Counted from the first letter of the stretch, positions 48,194-60,425 are shown. The stretch: DNA of 64,000 bases from Acidobacteriota bacterium (GCA_965263035.1 OZ253580.1:3040001-3104000), one strand, 5' to 3'. The notes: generated by a model from the sequence alone, not told the origin. Made by a program: numbers and translations.

Positions 48194-48210
48194 AGCAATT
48201 CCCGGACCAA
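48194..48210 (-). promoter_or_regulatory. sigma54 (-24/-12) promoter of the cus operon
   Basis: Minus strand TTGGTCCGGGAATTGCT has GG-N10-GC spacing and lies 28 bp upstream of the TolC start, next to a divergent sigma54 activator. Confidence 0.7.
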
Positions 48211-48320
48211 CTGGACTCCCATTCCCGGCTGCTGGTCCTAAGTGTTTCGATATTCGTTAGTTAATGCCCCTTCGTCCGGAGAAGATCCGGACCTCGAGAG
48301 TTCTCCTCTTGTCCATAAAT

Positions 48321-48355
48321 GATTTATATAACTCACCTACTGGGTTATATGAATC
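48321..48355. promoter_or_regulatory. candidate enhancer (UAS) palindrome
   Basis: GATTTATATAACTCA-N5-TGGGTTATATGAATC (13/15 inverted match), about 110-145 bp from the sigma54 site. Confidence 0.5.
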
Positions 48356-48398
48356 AGGTGGGTTATTTGAGACACTTTCAGGATAGAATGTCACCAGG

Positions 48399-49783
48399 AT
48401 GAAATCCGAACGGATTCTGTTGGTCGACGACGACCGGAATTTCCTGCGGGTCCTGGGGTATCAGGTTCAGCAATTCGGGTACGACACCTGCTGCGTCTCT
48501 TCCGGAGTCCAAGCCTTGGATCGGATCCAAGAGTCCCCTATGGATCTGGTGGTCTCCGATCTTCGCATGCCGGGGATGGATGGTCTCCAGTTGCTGGAAC
48601 GAATCCGCCGGTTGGACCCGGACTTGCCCGTTATCGTGCTGACCGCCCATGGCTCCATCGAGCTGGCCGTCGACGCCGTCAAGAGCGGGGCTGCCGACTT
48701 CCTGACCAAGCCCTTCGAGCGGGAGGAGATCCGCCACTCCATACGGAAAGCGCTGAAGATGACGCGACTGATTCGGGAGAACCGGAGACTCTCCCGGGAG
48801 GTGCAGCGAAGATTCGAGTTCGGGGGGATCGTGGGATCTTCCAAGAAGTTCCAAGAGGTCCTGGACATGGCGCGCCAACTGGCGGCGGTGGCGACGACGG
48901 TCCTGATTCAGGGAGAGACCGGGACCGGAAAGGAACTTCTGGCGCGGGCCATCCATTACAACGGTCCGCGCCAGGAACGTCCCTTCGTTGTGGTCAACTG
49001 CGGGGCCATTCCGCGGGACCTGATGGAGTCTGAAATGTTCGGTCACCGGAAGGGAGCCTTCACCGGCGCCATCGCCGACAGGCGGGGAAAGTTCGCGGCG
49101 GCGGACACCGGGACTCTGTTCCTGGATGAAGTGGCGGAGCTCCCGCTGGATATGCAGGTGAAGCTGCTCCGGGTACTGCAGCACAAGGAAATGGATGTGA
49201 TCGGAGACCCTGTGCCCGCTCCCGTGGACGTCCGGATCCTGGCGGCCACGAATCAGGACCTGGGCCGGGCCCTGGTCGAGGGCCGCTTCCGGCAAGACCT
49301 TTTCTATCGGCTCTCGGTCGCACCCTTGAGGATCCCTCCCTTGCGGGAGCGCCGGGAAGACGTGCCGTTGCTGATCCATTATTTTCAGAGTGAGTTGGCT
49401 CGGAAGTTGGAAAAGGAAGTGCAGTTCGGGGAAGAGGCAGTCTCGACTCTGCAGTCTTACGGTTGGCCCGGAAACGTCCGGGAGTTGGAAAATGTCGTCG
49501 AGAGACTGATGCTCTTCAACCAGTCCGGGAGCGTCGAGCGCGAGGACCTGCCGGTCGAAATCCGCCGCCCTCCCGGGGATTCGGACGCCCGGATGTTCCG
49601 GCTCCCGGAGAGAGGCTTTTCACTACAGGAGTTGGAGCGTGACATCCTGCGGGCGGCTCTGGAGCGAAACCGCTGGAATCAGGTTCGTACCGCGCGTTAC
49701 CTGGGGATGACGAGAAACACTCTGATCTACCGGATGCGGAAGTTCGGACTCAAAAAGGTCAGGGTCGAGGAACGACTTTCGTC

Positions 49784-49787
<4 letters not shown>
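48399..49787 (+). CDS. sigma54-dependent response regulator (NtrC family)
   Basis: Receiver DLRMPG, GETGTGKE, GAFTGA, WPGNVRELEN, Fis-type HTH. Confidence 0.95.
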
Positions 49788-50868
<1,081 letters not shown>

Positions 50869-50872
<4 letters not shown>

Positions 50873-53190
50873 ACCCCGCGTCCGAAAAGCGCGAGATCGA
50901 TCCGGTTTGCGGGATGACGGTGACTCCCGGAGCCGACACCGACACCGTCACCCACCGGGGAACGACGTACTACTTTTGCTGCTCACACTGCGCCGATTTG
51001 TTCCGGTCCAATCCGGAACTCGCCCTTGCGCACCAGGGAGGTGACCCTCCCGAGACGCAGGTACACGACCATGGGCACGCCTTCGCTTACGTCTGCCCCA
51101 TGTGTCCCGGCGTCGAATCGCCGACACCAGGATCGTGTCCCTCATGTGGCATGGCATTGCAGCCGTACAACGCGGCGGCAGGAGACGACGACGAAGAATT
51201 GCGGGAAATGACCCGGCGATTCCGCTGGAGTCTCGGTTTCACCGTGCCCCTTTTTCTGCTGTCCATGTTGGATATGGCGCCGGGGCGTCCGGTCTCCGGG
51301 ACCTTGACTCCGACGCTCCGCCAGTGGATCGAGCTGCTGCTGGCCACGCCCGTGGTGATCTGGGGAGGGTTCCCCTTCTGGCAGAGAGCCTGGGCCTCCA
51401 TTGTCAATCGCAGCCTCAACATGTTCACGCTGATTGCACTGGGCACGGGCGCAGCCTATGTCTACAGCTTGGCGGCCGTCGGGTTTCCAAAATCTTTTCC
51501 GGATGCCTATCGGGACGGCCTCGGTCAGGTGGGCGTCTATTTCGAAGCCGCCGCCGTCATCACGACCCTGGTGCTTCTGGGGCAGGTCCTGGAGCTCAGG
51601 GCCGGGGCGCGGACCGGCAGCGCCATCCGGTCCCTGCTGGAGTTGTCGCCGCCCACCGCCCGGAAGATCGCCGCCGGAGGCGAAGAAGTGGTGCCTTTGG
51701 GGGACGTGCGGCCGGGCGATCGGCTGCGGGTGCGCCCGGGGGACAAGGTCCCGGTGGACGGCCGGGTGCTGGAGGGAGAGAGCAGCGTCGACGAGTCCAT
51801 GATCAGCGGCGAGCCCATCCCGGTCGTGAAACACCCGGGAGACCCCGTGACGGGCGGGACGGCGAACGGTTCCGGCACGCTCGTGATGGAGGCTCGCCGG
51901 GTCGGTGCCGAGACCCTTTTGGCCCGCATCGTCCGGATGGTCACCGAAGCCCAACGCTCCCGGGCGCCCGTCCACCGCCTGGTCGACCGCGTGGCGGCGT
52001 GGTTCGTACCCGGGGTCATTCTGGTGGCGGTGGCCGCGGCAGTGACGTGGGGACTGCTGGGGCCGGAACCCAGGTGGGCCAACGCGCTCGTCACGGCGGC
52101 GGCGGTATTGCTGATCGCGTGTCCCTGCGCACTTGGCCTGGCCACTCCCATGTCCATCATGGTGGGGGTGGGGGAGGGGGCCCGATCGGGGGTCCTGATT
52201 CGCGACGCCGAGTCGCTGGAAGTCCTGGAGCGCGTGGACACCCTGATGGTCGACAAGACGGGCACTCTCACCGAAGGGAGACCTCGGCTTCAGGCCGTGT
52301 TTCCGGCCACCGGTTGGAAACGTGAGGAGATTCTGAGACTCGCCGCCGGCGTCGAGCAGGGAAGTGAGCATCCCCTGGCGGGGGCGGTGGTTGATGGAGC
52401 GAGGCGGGAGGGGCTGGAGTTACCTTCCCTGAAACGCTTCGATTCCGTGGCCGGACAGGGGGTCCGGGGAAACCTCGAGGACCGGGAGGTGGCAGTGGGC
52501 AACCGGCGTTTCCTGGCGGGTCTGTCCATCCGGGTGGGGGATCTGGACCGGCAGGCGGAGGAACTGCGCCGGCGCGGGCTGACGGCCTTCTTTGTGGCCG
52601 TCGACGGCCGGACCTGCGGCGTCCTGGGTCTGGGAGACCCGGTCAAGGCGTCCGCCCGGGAGACTCTGGCGCAGTTGAGGCTCCAGGGCCTCAGGATCGT
52701 CATGCTCACCGGCGACGGCCGGACCACGGCCGACGCGGTGGCGAGTGAGCTGGGGATCGAGCAGGTCCGGTCGGAGATGTTGCCTGATCAGAAGGCGAAT
52801 CTGATTCATCGATACCAGGAGGAGGGCCGGATCGTGGCCATGGCGGGGGATGGCGTCAACGACGCCCCGGCCCTGGCCGTGGCCCAAGTCGGCATCGCCA
52901 TGGGCACCGGATCCGACATCGCCCTCAAGAGTGCGGGCGTGACCCTGTTGCAAGGAGACCTGAGCGGTATACTGCGCGCTCTCCGATTGAGCCGGGCGAC
53001 GCTGCGAAACATTCGCCAAAATCTGTTTTTTGCGTTTATTTACAACATTTTGGGTGTGCCGATAGCGGCCGGGGTCCTGTATCCCCTCTGGGGAATCACA
53101 CTGAACCCCATGCTGGCCGCCGCGGCCATGGCTCTCAGCTCTCTCTCGGTGATCGCCAACGCCTTGAGATTGCGGCGGGCTCGCATCTGA
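50869..53190 (+). CDS. copA: Cu(I)-translocating P1B-1 ATPase with YHS and heavy-metal-binding domains
   Basis: DPVCGM...FCC..C, CPMCP..CPSCGM, CPC, DKTGT, SEHP, GDGVND, YN, MALSS. Confidence 0.95.
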
Positions 53191-53222
53191 TCGGCGCCAG
53201 GGGTGGCGGCGAGTGGAGTACA

Positions 53223-53984
53223 ATGGAGCCTGTGAGAACGAGCCGTTGGTTGCTGGCGTCCCTGTTCCTCCTGCTGGGCGGTCAATCCCAGGCCCAGATC
53301 GAGTCGGACACCCTGCTGGAGAGTCTGAAGCCGCAGGGTTACGTCAGCGACTACGGTGGGGTGATGGACGGCAGTCTGAGGCGGTCACTGGAGGTCCGGC
53401 TCAGGGAACTGGAGCAGAAGACGTCCGCTCAGATTGCGTTGGTCACTCTTCGGTCGCTGAAGGGAGGAGAGATCCGGGACTTTTCCAATCGGCTCTTCGA
53501 GCGCTGGGGAGTGGGACGGAAAGGCAAGGACAAAGGTGTTCTGATCCTCACCTCGTTGGAGGATCGCAAGATCTGGATCGAAGTCGGTTACGGTCTTGAG
53601 GGACTCCTTCCGGACGCGTTGGTGGGACGCATTCTGGACGAGGCGGTGTTGCCGGATTTCCGTCACGGACGCCACGGTGGCGGCTTGGCCAGGGGCGCGC
53701 TCACGATTGCCGGGATGATTGCCCGGGATGCGGGAGTCACTCTCAGCGGGGCGCCCGCCCCGGCGGGGGCTCGAAAAAGCCGCCGTCCGGGCGCCGGCAA
53801 CCTGCTCTATCTGCTGTTCCTGTTGTTTCTGTTCCTGCGGCGCCCCCTGTTGGGAATGTTTCTGCCACTCGGAATGGGCGCCGGGTTCCCGCGGGGCGGT
53901 TATGGCGGCGGGTTCTCGGGAGGGGGCTTCGGCGGCTTCGGTGGCGGGCTCTCCGGAGGCGGGGGCGCCGGCAGAAGTTGGTAG
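53223..53984 (+). CDS. TPM-domain membrane protein
   Basis: WGVGRKGKDKGVLIL, IEVGYGLEG.LPD, Gly-rich tail GGGGAGRSW. Confidence 0.92.
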   Translation: MEPVRTSRWLLASLFLLLGGQSQAQIESDTLLESLKPQGYVSDYGGVMDGSLRRSLEVRLRELEQKTSAQIALVTLRSLKGGEIRDFSNRLFERWGVGRKGKDKGVLILTSLEDRKIWIEVGYGLEGLLPDALVGRILDEAVLPDFRHGRHGGGLARGALTIAGMIARDAGVTLSGAPAPAGARKSRRPGAGNLLYLLFLLFLFLRRPLLGMFLPLGMGAGFPRGGYGGGFSGGGFGGFGGGLSGGGGAGRSW

Positions 53985-54005
53985 GTCGCAAATCGGGTTG
54001 AGGAA

Positions 54006-54746
54006 ATGAAACCGAAACAATTGGTCGAGAAGCTGCGCAAAGTCCAACCCTTGAGTCTCAGGTCGGTCATTCTGTACGGATCGGCCGTCACCGGCGACTT
54101 CGTAAAGAAGCGTTCCGACTACAATGTGCTCGTCATCGTCGAACATCTGGGCGTGGCGGAGTTGCGAGCCCTCTCCAGCGTGGCTCGGCGTTGGGCCAAG
54201 GCCGGCAATCCTCCCCCGCTGCTCTTTACCCTCGAGCGATTGAGACAGTCGGTAGACGTCTTCCCCATCGAGATTCTGGACATGAAGGCGGCGAACCGGG
54301 TCCTTTACGGCCAGGATGTCCTGAGCCGGATTTCGGTCAATGATGGGAATCTGAGACACCAGGTGGAGTCGGAGCTCAAAGGCAAGCTGATTCAACTGCG
54401 GGAAGCCTATCTGATTACGGGCGGCAAGCCCCGGGACGTCGTGGAAGTCCTGGTCCGTTCCATTGCTTCCTTCCTGGTCCTCTTTCGTGCGGCCCTACGC
54501 CTTTATCAGATCGAGGTTCCGGCCAGAAAACTGGACGCTCTTGCCGCTCTGGCCCGGCGGATTCCATTGGATCCCGCACCGTTCGAGACCGTCGAAGCGC
54601 TCAAGGAGGGCCGTATGAAGGTCAGACAGGTCAACGCGGACGCCCTCTTCGGGAATTTCCTGAAGACCGTGGAAACGGTGGTGGACGCCATCGACAGCTA
54701 CGTCCAGGGACGGGGACGGGCTGATGAACAGGAGTTGTCGCCTTGA
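54006..54746 (+). CDS. nucleotidyltransferase-domain protein
   Basis: VILYGSAVTGD...SDYNVLV, S.DVFPIE.LDM. Confidence 0.8.
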   Translation: MKPKQLVEKLRKVQPLSLRSVILYGSAVTGDFVKKRSDYNVLVIVEHLGVAELRALSSVARRWAKAGNPPPLLFTLERLRQSVDVFPIEILDMKAANRVLYGQDVLSRISVNDGNLRHQVESELKGKLIQLREAYLITGGKPRDVVEVLVRSIASFLVLFRAALRLYQIEVPARKLDALAALARRIPLDPAPFETVEALKEGRMKVRQVNADALFGNFLKTVETVVDAIDSYVQGRGRADEQELSP

Positions 54747-55309
54747 AAAAGACATGGATCGTCTTGGGAGCTGTCCTGGTTCTCGTCCTCATCATCGGCA
54801 TGAGTCTGACCGGCTCTTACAACCGGCTGGTCACGTCGTATGAAGGGGTGGAGAGTGCTTGGGCCCAAGTGGAGACGGTATTGCAACGGCGCTACGATCT
54901 GATCCCCAACCTGGTGAACACCGTGAAGGGGTTCGCAGCCCAGGAACGGGAAGTCTTTACCGAGGTCACCCGGTTGCGGAGCCAATGGGGAGCCGCCCGG
55001 ACCACCGCCGGCAAGGCTCAGATCGCCGGCCAAATGGAAGGGATGCTGTCCCGCCTTCTCCTGGTCGCCGAGCGCTATCCCGATCTCAAGTCCAATCAGA
55101 ACTTCCTGGCCTTGCAGGACGAGTTGACCGGGACCGAGAACCGGATCTCCGTGGAGCGGCGCCGCTACAACCAAGCGGTACGGGACTACAACACGACGGT
55201 CCGCCGGTTTCCCACCAACCTGGTGGCCGGCTTTTACGGTTTCGAGCGGAGCACGGCCTACTTCGAAGCCGCCGAGGGAGCCGAAGCGGCTCCCACCGTA
55301 GCGTTCTGA
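54743..55309 (+). CDS. lemA: LemA family protein
   Basis: QRRYDLIPNLV, ERYPDLKSNQNF, ENRISVERRRYN, FPTNLVA. Confidence 0.95.
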   Translation: MKKTWIVLGAVLVLVLIIGMSLTGSYNRLVTSYEGVESAWAQVETVLQRRYDLIPNLVNTVKGFAAQEREVFTEVTRLRSQWGAARTTAGKAQIAGQMEGMLSRLLLVAERYPDLKSNQNFLALQDELTGTENRISVERRRYNQAVRDYNTTVRRFPTNLVAGFYGFERSTAYFEAAEGAEAAPTVAF

Positions 55310-56145
55310 TCCGCAGGTTCCGGGTAGATACGCCGGGCGGAAATAAGAAAACCGGTGTGCGCCACCATCCGATGGACCGGACGGATGGACTCCTCGCTGA
55401 CGTGCCAGGGACGGACCAGCGACTCGGTGGTTTCGATGTGCGTCCAGTCCGGGTCGCGCTGCAATTTTCTCACCAGCCGGTACACTTGAAGCGTCGTGGG
55501 GAGCCAACAGAGAAGGCTGCCGCCCGGTCTCAACGCCGCTGCCGCCGAGTCGACGGCGCGCTCCGGTTCGGGGACGTCGAGCAGGATCGTGTCCAGGTCC
55601 TCCTCCTGGATCCCGTCGTAGACATCCTCCAGAACGATCGTGTGCCGCGCTCCCGAAGTTCCGTAGAGGACAGCGAATTCGGAGAGCGTGTCCCGGGCCA
55701 GTGAAGCGAACTCTTCCCGGCGCTCGTAGGAGATGAGATGACCCTGCGGGCCCAGGAAACGGAGCAGGACCAGGGCCACCGATCCGGACCCGAGGCCCGC
55801 CTCCAGAACCCGGGCCCCGGGATAGATGTCGCCCCGGATCAGGATCTGGGTCGAGTCGCGCGGGTAGATGATCTGGGTTCGCCGGCGCAGCCCCTTGAGA
55901 ACGTACCGTTCCAGGGTAGGCCGCAGGCAGACGACGGGCAATCCCTTGCGGCTCAGGAAATGGCAGCCGGGAGGCTTGCCCACGATCTCGTCGTGGGAGA
56001 CGTGTCCGGTATGGGAGTGGTGGAAGAGGCCTCCTGGGCGCAGTTGAAACATGTGGCGCTTGTTCTTGGGCCCGATGAGTAGAACCAGTTCACCCTCCCG
56101 AAGGGGGGCCCGCTGCAGTGTCGATGTTGGGTCCGAGGCCATCAT
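55258..56145 (-). CDS. trmI: tRNA (adenine(58)-N1)-methyltransferase
   Basis: RRTQIIYPRD, VLEAGLGSG, LDVPEP, RP.HRMVAHTGFL. Confidence 0.9.
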   Translation of the reverse strand: MMASDPTSTLQRAPLREGELVLLIGPKNKRHMFQLRPGGLFHHSHTGHVSHDEIVGKPPGCHFLSRKGLPVVCLRPTLERYVLKGLRRRTQIIYPRDSTQILIRGDIYPGARVLEAGLGSGSVALVLLRFLGPQGHLISYERREEFASLARDTLSEFAVLYGTSGARHTIVLEDVYDGIQEEDLDTILLDVPEPERAVDSAAAALRPGGSLLCWLPTTLQVYRLVRKLQRDPDWTHIETTESLVRPWHVSEESIRPVHRMVAHTGFLISARRIYPEPADQNATVGAASAPSAASK

Positions 56146-56365
56146 GGGAGAATAGTCGCGGCTCTTTTCGGGTGTCAAACGGGTCGAAGAGGAAAGAGGA
56201 AAGCTCCCTCACCGGCTGGGCTCCGGCGGATTCATGGAAGAAACAAGCCTTCGAACCAATCTGGCTCCAGAATCCTTAACCAGATCGTTTTCGGTAGAGG
56301 TGCTCGCTACGCGTAAACCACGCGCCTTTCTTCACTCTTTTCTATTTCCTCTTTGCTCTTTCCTC

Positions 56366-56501
56366 GGTTTCTCAGAAGTCCCCCACCGGCCCCGGCCCGG
56401 CGCAATCCAACCAGAAAAACGGGATGTCTGGGAGCAAAAGCTTTCCAGCCGCCGGTTCCGCGTCGGCGATGAAGACGGGGACAAGAATGTCCTCGCTCCC
56501 A
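56366..56501 (-). repeat. dispersed ~135-bp GGAG-REP-containing repeat (copy 2)
   Basis: The reverse complement GGGAGCGAGGACATTCTTGTCCCCGTCTTCATCGCCGACGCGGAACC...GACTTCTGAGAAACC aligns with 1861-1996. Confidence 0.8.
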
Positions 56502-56703
56502 GGGTGCCCGTATTGTTTTTCTAGGAAGAGAGGGGAGCGGAACGCGGACTCAGACGAGAGGTGATCTCGCCGGGAAGGTTTTCGCCATTAATTGCGGCGC
56601 TTGACCCATAATTCACCACCAATAGAAAATATTAACCCAGTATTTACTATTTATGATAAATTATTCGGTGAAGACATGAGGATGGCCGCCGGAGTCAAGC
56701 CGG

Positions 56704-59700
56704 GTGGATTCCGTGACGATGCTTGAGGAGGGCTGCTATTGTAGCTCGATGAGAGCCCGATCTCCCGCGATGCATCCTGGGTCAGCTTCCACCATGCTGG
56801 CGGTCTGGGTCTGGGCGGTCATCCTGGCGTCCGTCCCGGGCAGCCAGGGATTCAGCCGAGCCCCGGCGCCGGAACCAAGACATTCGTTGGGCGAAGGAGA
56901 GCCGCTACTCTCCAGGACTCGACAGCTCACTTTCGAAGGCCGGCGTTCCGGAGAAGGTTATTACAGCCGGGACGGCTCCCGGTTCATCTTCCAGAGCGAG
57001 CGCGAGGAGGGAAACCCGTTCTTCCAGATCTACCTGATGGACATGGTCCGGAGAGAGGTGACCCGGCTCTCGCCCGGCCAGGGCAAGACCACCTGCGGCT
57101 GGATTCATCCGGAGGGCGGCCGAGTGCTTTTCGCCTCGACCCACCACGATCCCGAATCCGGGCGGAAGCAACGGGAGGAACTGGAGCGCCGGGCCTCGGG
57201 CAGGACCCGCCGGTACAGCTGGGACTTCGACGCCGAGTATGAGATCTACGGGTTCTCTCTCGGAACGTCGACCTTCCGGAACCTCACCAACAAGTTGGGA
57301 TATGACGCCGAAGCCTCCTGGTCTCCGGATGGCGAACGGATCGTATTCGCCTCGAATCGCTTGGCCTACGGAGGTCATCTGGCTCCGGAGCAGGTGGAGT
57401 CCCGGGACCGGGACCCTTCGTCCTTTGTGGACCTCTACTCCATGAACTCGGACGGAACCGATGTCCGCCGCCTGACCGTCTCGCCGGGGTATGACGGCGG
57501 TCCCTTCTTCAGTCCCTCCGGCCAGGAGATCTGCTGGCGGAGATTCACCGAGGACGGACTGGTGGCCGAGATCTACCTGATGGATGCGGACGGGGGCCGT
57601 CAGCGGCCCGTGACGCGACTGGGGAAGATGTCCTGGGCTCCCTTTTTCCATCCTTCCGGCGACTACCTGGTGTTTACGACCAACCTGCATGGCCTGGACA
57701 ATTTCGAACTCTACCTGGTAGCCGCCGAGGGACGGGCCGAACCGTTGCGCGCCACCCGGACTCCCGGATTCGACGGTCTGCCCGTCTTCTCGCCGGACGG
57801 AAACACGGTGGCCTGGACCTCCAACCGGACTCCCGGGAAGACTTCCCAGATATTTCTGGCCGACTGGAACGACCGGGAAGCGAGACGCTTGTTGGAACTG
57901 TCCGCGCCGGAGCGGCAGGCTGACTCTGACGCAGCCCCGGAGACTTCAAGTGCGGTCCTCATCCGGGCCCAGGATCTCCGCCGCCACGTGAACCGCTTGG
58001 CTTCCGAGGAGATGGAAGGACGAATGACCGGGACCCGGGGAGAGCTCCTGGCCACCGAGTACGCCGCTTCGGTTCTGACCGGCCTGGGGTTGAAGCCGGC
58101 TGGAGACGACGGCTCCTACTTCCAATCCTTCCCCTTCACGGCGGGGGTCTCCCTGGGCTCAGAGAACCGAATGGAAGTCGTGAGTGGGAACGAGAAGAAG
58201 CCGCTGCGCCTGGACCGCGACTGGAGGCCGTTGTCCTTCTCGGCCACCGGAGCCTTCGGGACCTCTCAGGTGGTCTTTGCCGGGTATGGGATCGTGGCGC
58301 CCGAATTGGAGGAGAACCCGGGTTACGATTCCTATGCTCACCTGGACGTGGCCGGCAAGTGGGTCCTGGTGCTGCGTTACTACCCCGAAGAGGCGGCTCC
58401 CCAGCGGCGGCGGCATCTGGCTCGGTATGGGAGCCTCCGATACAAGGCCATGCAGGCCCTGGACCGTGGCGCCAAGGGACTCCTCATCGCCAGCGGTCCC
58501 AACTCCAAGGTCCGCCGGGAGCTGATCCCGCTGAGGCTCGACGGTTCGGTCACGGACGGACGCCTTCCCGTCATCTCCATTACCGACCGGGTAGCCGGAA
58601 TCTTGCTGGAGTCCAACGATCGAACTCTGGAGGAACTCCAAGAGGAACTGGATTCCGGCGAACTCCGGATGGGGTTCGTGCTCCCCGGTGTCGAGGCGGC
58701 TTCGAACGTCGATCTGAACACGGAGCAGAGGACCGGCCGGAACGTGCTGGGGCTGCTGCAGGTGGGGCGGAGCAGTGCCGGGAATGGAGTGCTGGTGGTG
58801 GGAGCCCATTTGGACCATTTGGGCTCGGGAGCCACGGCTGCATCTCTGGCCCGGTCGGACGAGGAGGGAGGGATCCACTACGGGGCCGACGACAACGCGT
58901 CCGGGGTCGCCGCGGTTCTGGAGATTGCGGAGCATCTGGTGCACCTTCGAGACCAAGGAGACCTTCCGGCGGGACGAGACGTGCTGTTCGCACTCTGGTC
59001 AGGCGAGGAGCTGGGTCTGCTGGGCTCGAACCATTTCATGAAAACCTATGGATCGGGCCCTGGACATGGGTCCGGAATCGACCTGTTGGCCTATCTGAAT
59101 CTGGACATGGTGGGTCGCTTGAAGACATCGCTGGTGGTGCAGGGCGTGGGTTCGAGTTCTGTCTGGCCTTCCGCCGTTGAGCGGTCGAACCTGGATCTGG
59201 GCCTGCCCATCGTGATGCAGCCCGAGAGCCACCTGCCCACGGATGCCACCTCCTTTTATGTCAAACAGGTGCCGATCCTCAGTCTCTTTACCGGTTCCCA
59301 CGAGGACTATCACACGCCCGGAGACCGCCCCGAAAAAATCAACTACCAGGGAACGCGGAAGATTGCGTCGTTCCTGAGCCGGATTGCCGTCCACCTCTTG
59401 GAGAACCCCGATCGCCCCGATTACCAGGAGATGAGCGACCCCAGAAGGCGAGGGGCCAGAAGCGGGCTGAGGGCCTACCTGGGTACGATTCCCGATTACG
59501 CTCAGGGTGCGAAAAAGGGTCTCAGCCTCTCCGGGGTCGCGCCCGGGGGACCGGCCGAAAAGGTGGGCGTCAGAGCCGGGGATTTGGTCGTGCGTCTGGC
59601 CGGCCGTGAGATCGGGGACATCTACGACTACACCTACGCCATCGATTTTCTGGAGATCGGCTCACCGACCGAGATCGTCGTGGTGCGAGAGGGGAAGAAA

Positions 59701-59736
59701 ATCACCCTGGCCATCGTCCCGGCTTCCAGGGATTAG
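56704..59736 (+). CDS. PD40/TolB-like propeller + PA + M28 peptidase + PDZ protein
   Basis: GYDGGPFFSP repeats, GAHLDHLG, GADDNASG, GEELGLLGS, NLDMVGR, DYHTP.D, YLGTIPDY; true start probably slightly downstream. Confidence 0.92.
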   Translation: MDSVTMLEEGCYCSSMRARSPAMHPGSASTMLAVWVWAVILASVPGSQGFSRAPAPEPRHSLGEGEPLLSRTRQLTFEGRRSGEGYYSRDGSRFIFQSEREEGNPFFQIYLMDMVRREVTRLSPGQGKTTCGWIHPEGGRVLFASTHHDPESGRKQREELERRASGRTRRYSWDFDAEYEIYGFSLGTSTFRNLTNKLGYDAEASWSPDGERIVFASNRLAYGGHLAPEQVESRDRDPSSFVDLYSMNSDGTDVRRLTVSPGYDGGPFFSPSGQEICWRRFTEDGLVAEIYLMDADGGRQRPVTRLGKMSWAPFFHPSGDYLVFTTNLHGLDNFELYLVAAEGRAEPLRATRTPGFDGLPVFSPDGNTVAWTSNRTPGKTSQIFLADWNDREARRLLELSAPERQADSDAAPETSSAVLIRAQDLRRHVNRLASEEMEGRMTGTRGELLATEYAASVLTGLGLKPAGDDGSYFQSFPFTAGVSLGSENRMEVVSGNEKKPLRLDRDWRPLSFSATGAFGTSQVVFAGYGIVAPELEENPGYDSYAHLDVAGKWVLVLRYYPEEAAPQRRRHLARYGSLRYKAMQALDRGAKGLLIASGPNSKVRRELIPLRLDGSVTDGRLPVISITDRVAGILLESNDRTLEELQEELDSGELRMGFVLPGVEAASNVDLNTEQRTGRNVLGLLQVGRSSAGNGVLVVGAHLDHLGSGATAASLARSDEEGGIHYGADDNASGVAAVLEIAEHLVHLRDQGDLPAGRDVLFALWSGEELGLLGSNHFMKTYGSGPGHGSGIDLLAYLNLDMVGRLKTSLVVQGVGSSSVWPSAVERSNLDLGLPIVMQPESHLPTDATSFYVKQVPILSLFTGSHEDYHTPGDRPEKINYQGTRKIASFLSRIAVHLLENPDRPDYQEMSDPRRRGARSGLRAYLGTIPDYAQGAKKGLSLSGVAPGGPAEKVGVRAGDLVVRLAGREIGDIYDYTYAIDFLEIGSPTEIVVVREGKKITLAIVPASRD

Positions 59737-59893
59737 AGGAAAAGAAGGAGTGCCCGGGCTGGCGAGGGCCCATTCGAGTTGAGCGATTCAGGAGCAAAAG
59801 GAGAATAGAGAAAGGGCCGTCCCGAAGCTGGGAATAGACGAATTCTTGGAATTCTTAGACAGTCCGCGATTTCATCGACAGCACTGAGAGCGT

Positions 59894-60184
59894 CTACTGA
59901 CAGTTGTACTGTTGATTCAGTCGCTCTTGCAGGCGCTGTCGAATGGCGCTGTGGTCGGTGTCAGCCAGCTTGCACCAGTAGGGAAAGCCATCTTCGTCAC
60001 TGACGATCCACTCGATGGCCTTCTTCTTGAGTAGGCGATAGTCTTTGCGGGAGTTTTCCTTGACGATCCGCAGGTCGATGACGGCTTCGTGCCAAGCTTG
60101 TCTCAAGATAGCGACGGCTAAATTTCTTTCCGACCTGAAATCTACCTTTTGACGCGTCTCGGTGTTTCGACCGATGCCCCTCAT
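59894..60184 (-). CDS. small helical hypothetical protein
   Basis: ERNLAVAILRQA...AIEW...F.YWC.L.D.D...IR pattern; lower GC than the neighbours. Confidence 0.6.
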   Translation of the reverse strand: MRGIGRNTETRQKVDFRSERNLAVAILRQAWHEAVIDLRIVKENSRKDYRLLKKKAIEWIVSDEDGFPYWCKLADTDHSAIRQRLQERLNQQYNCQ

Positions 60185-60258
60185 CCGCACAGTTAGCGAT
60201 AATAGCACAAGTTCATGGATTTACTAAGAAAAAACTGAACCGGCACCTTCCCCGAGAG

Positions 60259-60338
60259 GTCGGGGCGACCCTTGTGGTCGCCCTCCCCGGGCCGATCCGT
60301 GAGGGGCGAAAGCGGGCACCCACAAGGGGTGCCCCTAC
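60259..60338. repeat. GTAG-type REPIN
   Basis: GTCGGGGCGACCCTTGTGGTCGCCC and an inverted GTAGGGGCACCCCTTGTGGGTGCCC arm. Confidence 0.8.
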
Positions 60339-60380
60339 GTCGCTCCGGTTTGGCGGGAGCATGGGAAGGGGGCCGCTTCG

Positions 60381-60409
60381 TTGCCTGACAGGGGGGGAAT
60401 GAATATAAT
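60381..60409 (+). promoter_or_regulatory. sigma70 promoter of tRNA-Asp
   Basis: TTGCCT-17 bp-TATAAT, 16 bp before the tRNA. Confidence 0.65.
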
Positions 60410-60425
60410 GTCCGCTCGGCCTAGC

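Noticed and set aside
48236-48265. IHF site between the UAS and the sigma54 promoter
   Set aside because: The spacing does not fit WATCAANNNNTTR.
55258-55309. 52-bp convergent overlap of lemA and trmI
   Set aside because: Short 3' overlaps of convergent genes are common, with no sign of special function.
56550-56609. 19-aa minus-strand ORF (MGQAPQLMAKTFPARSPLV) in an AT-rich gap
   Set aside because: Only a weak RBS supports it; it cannot be distinguished from chance.
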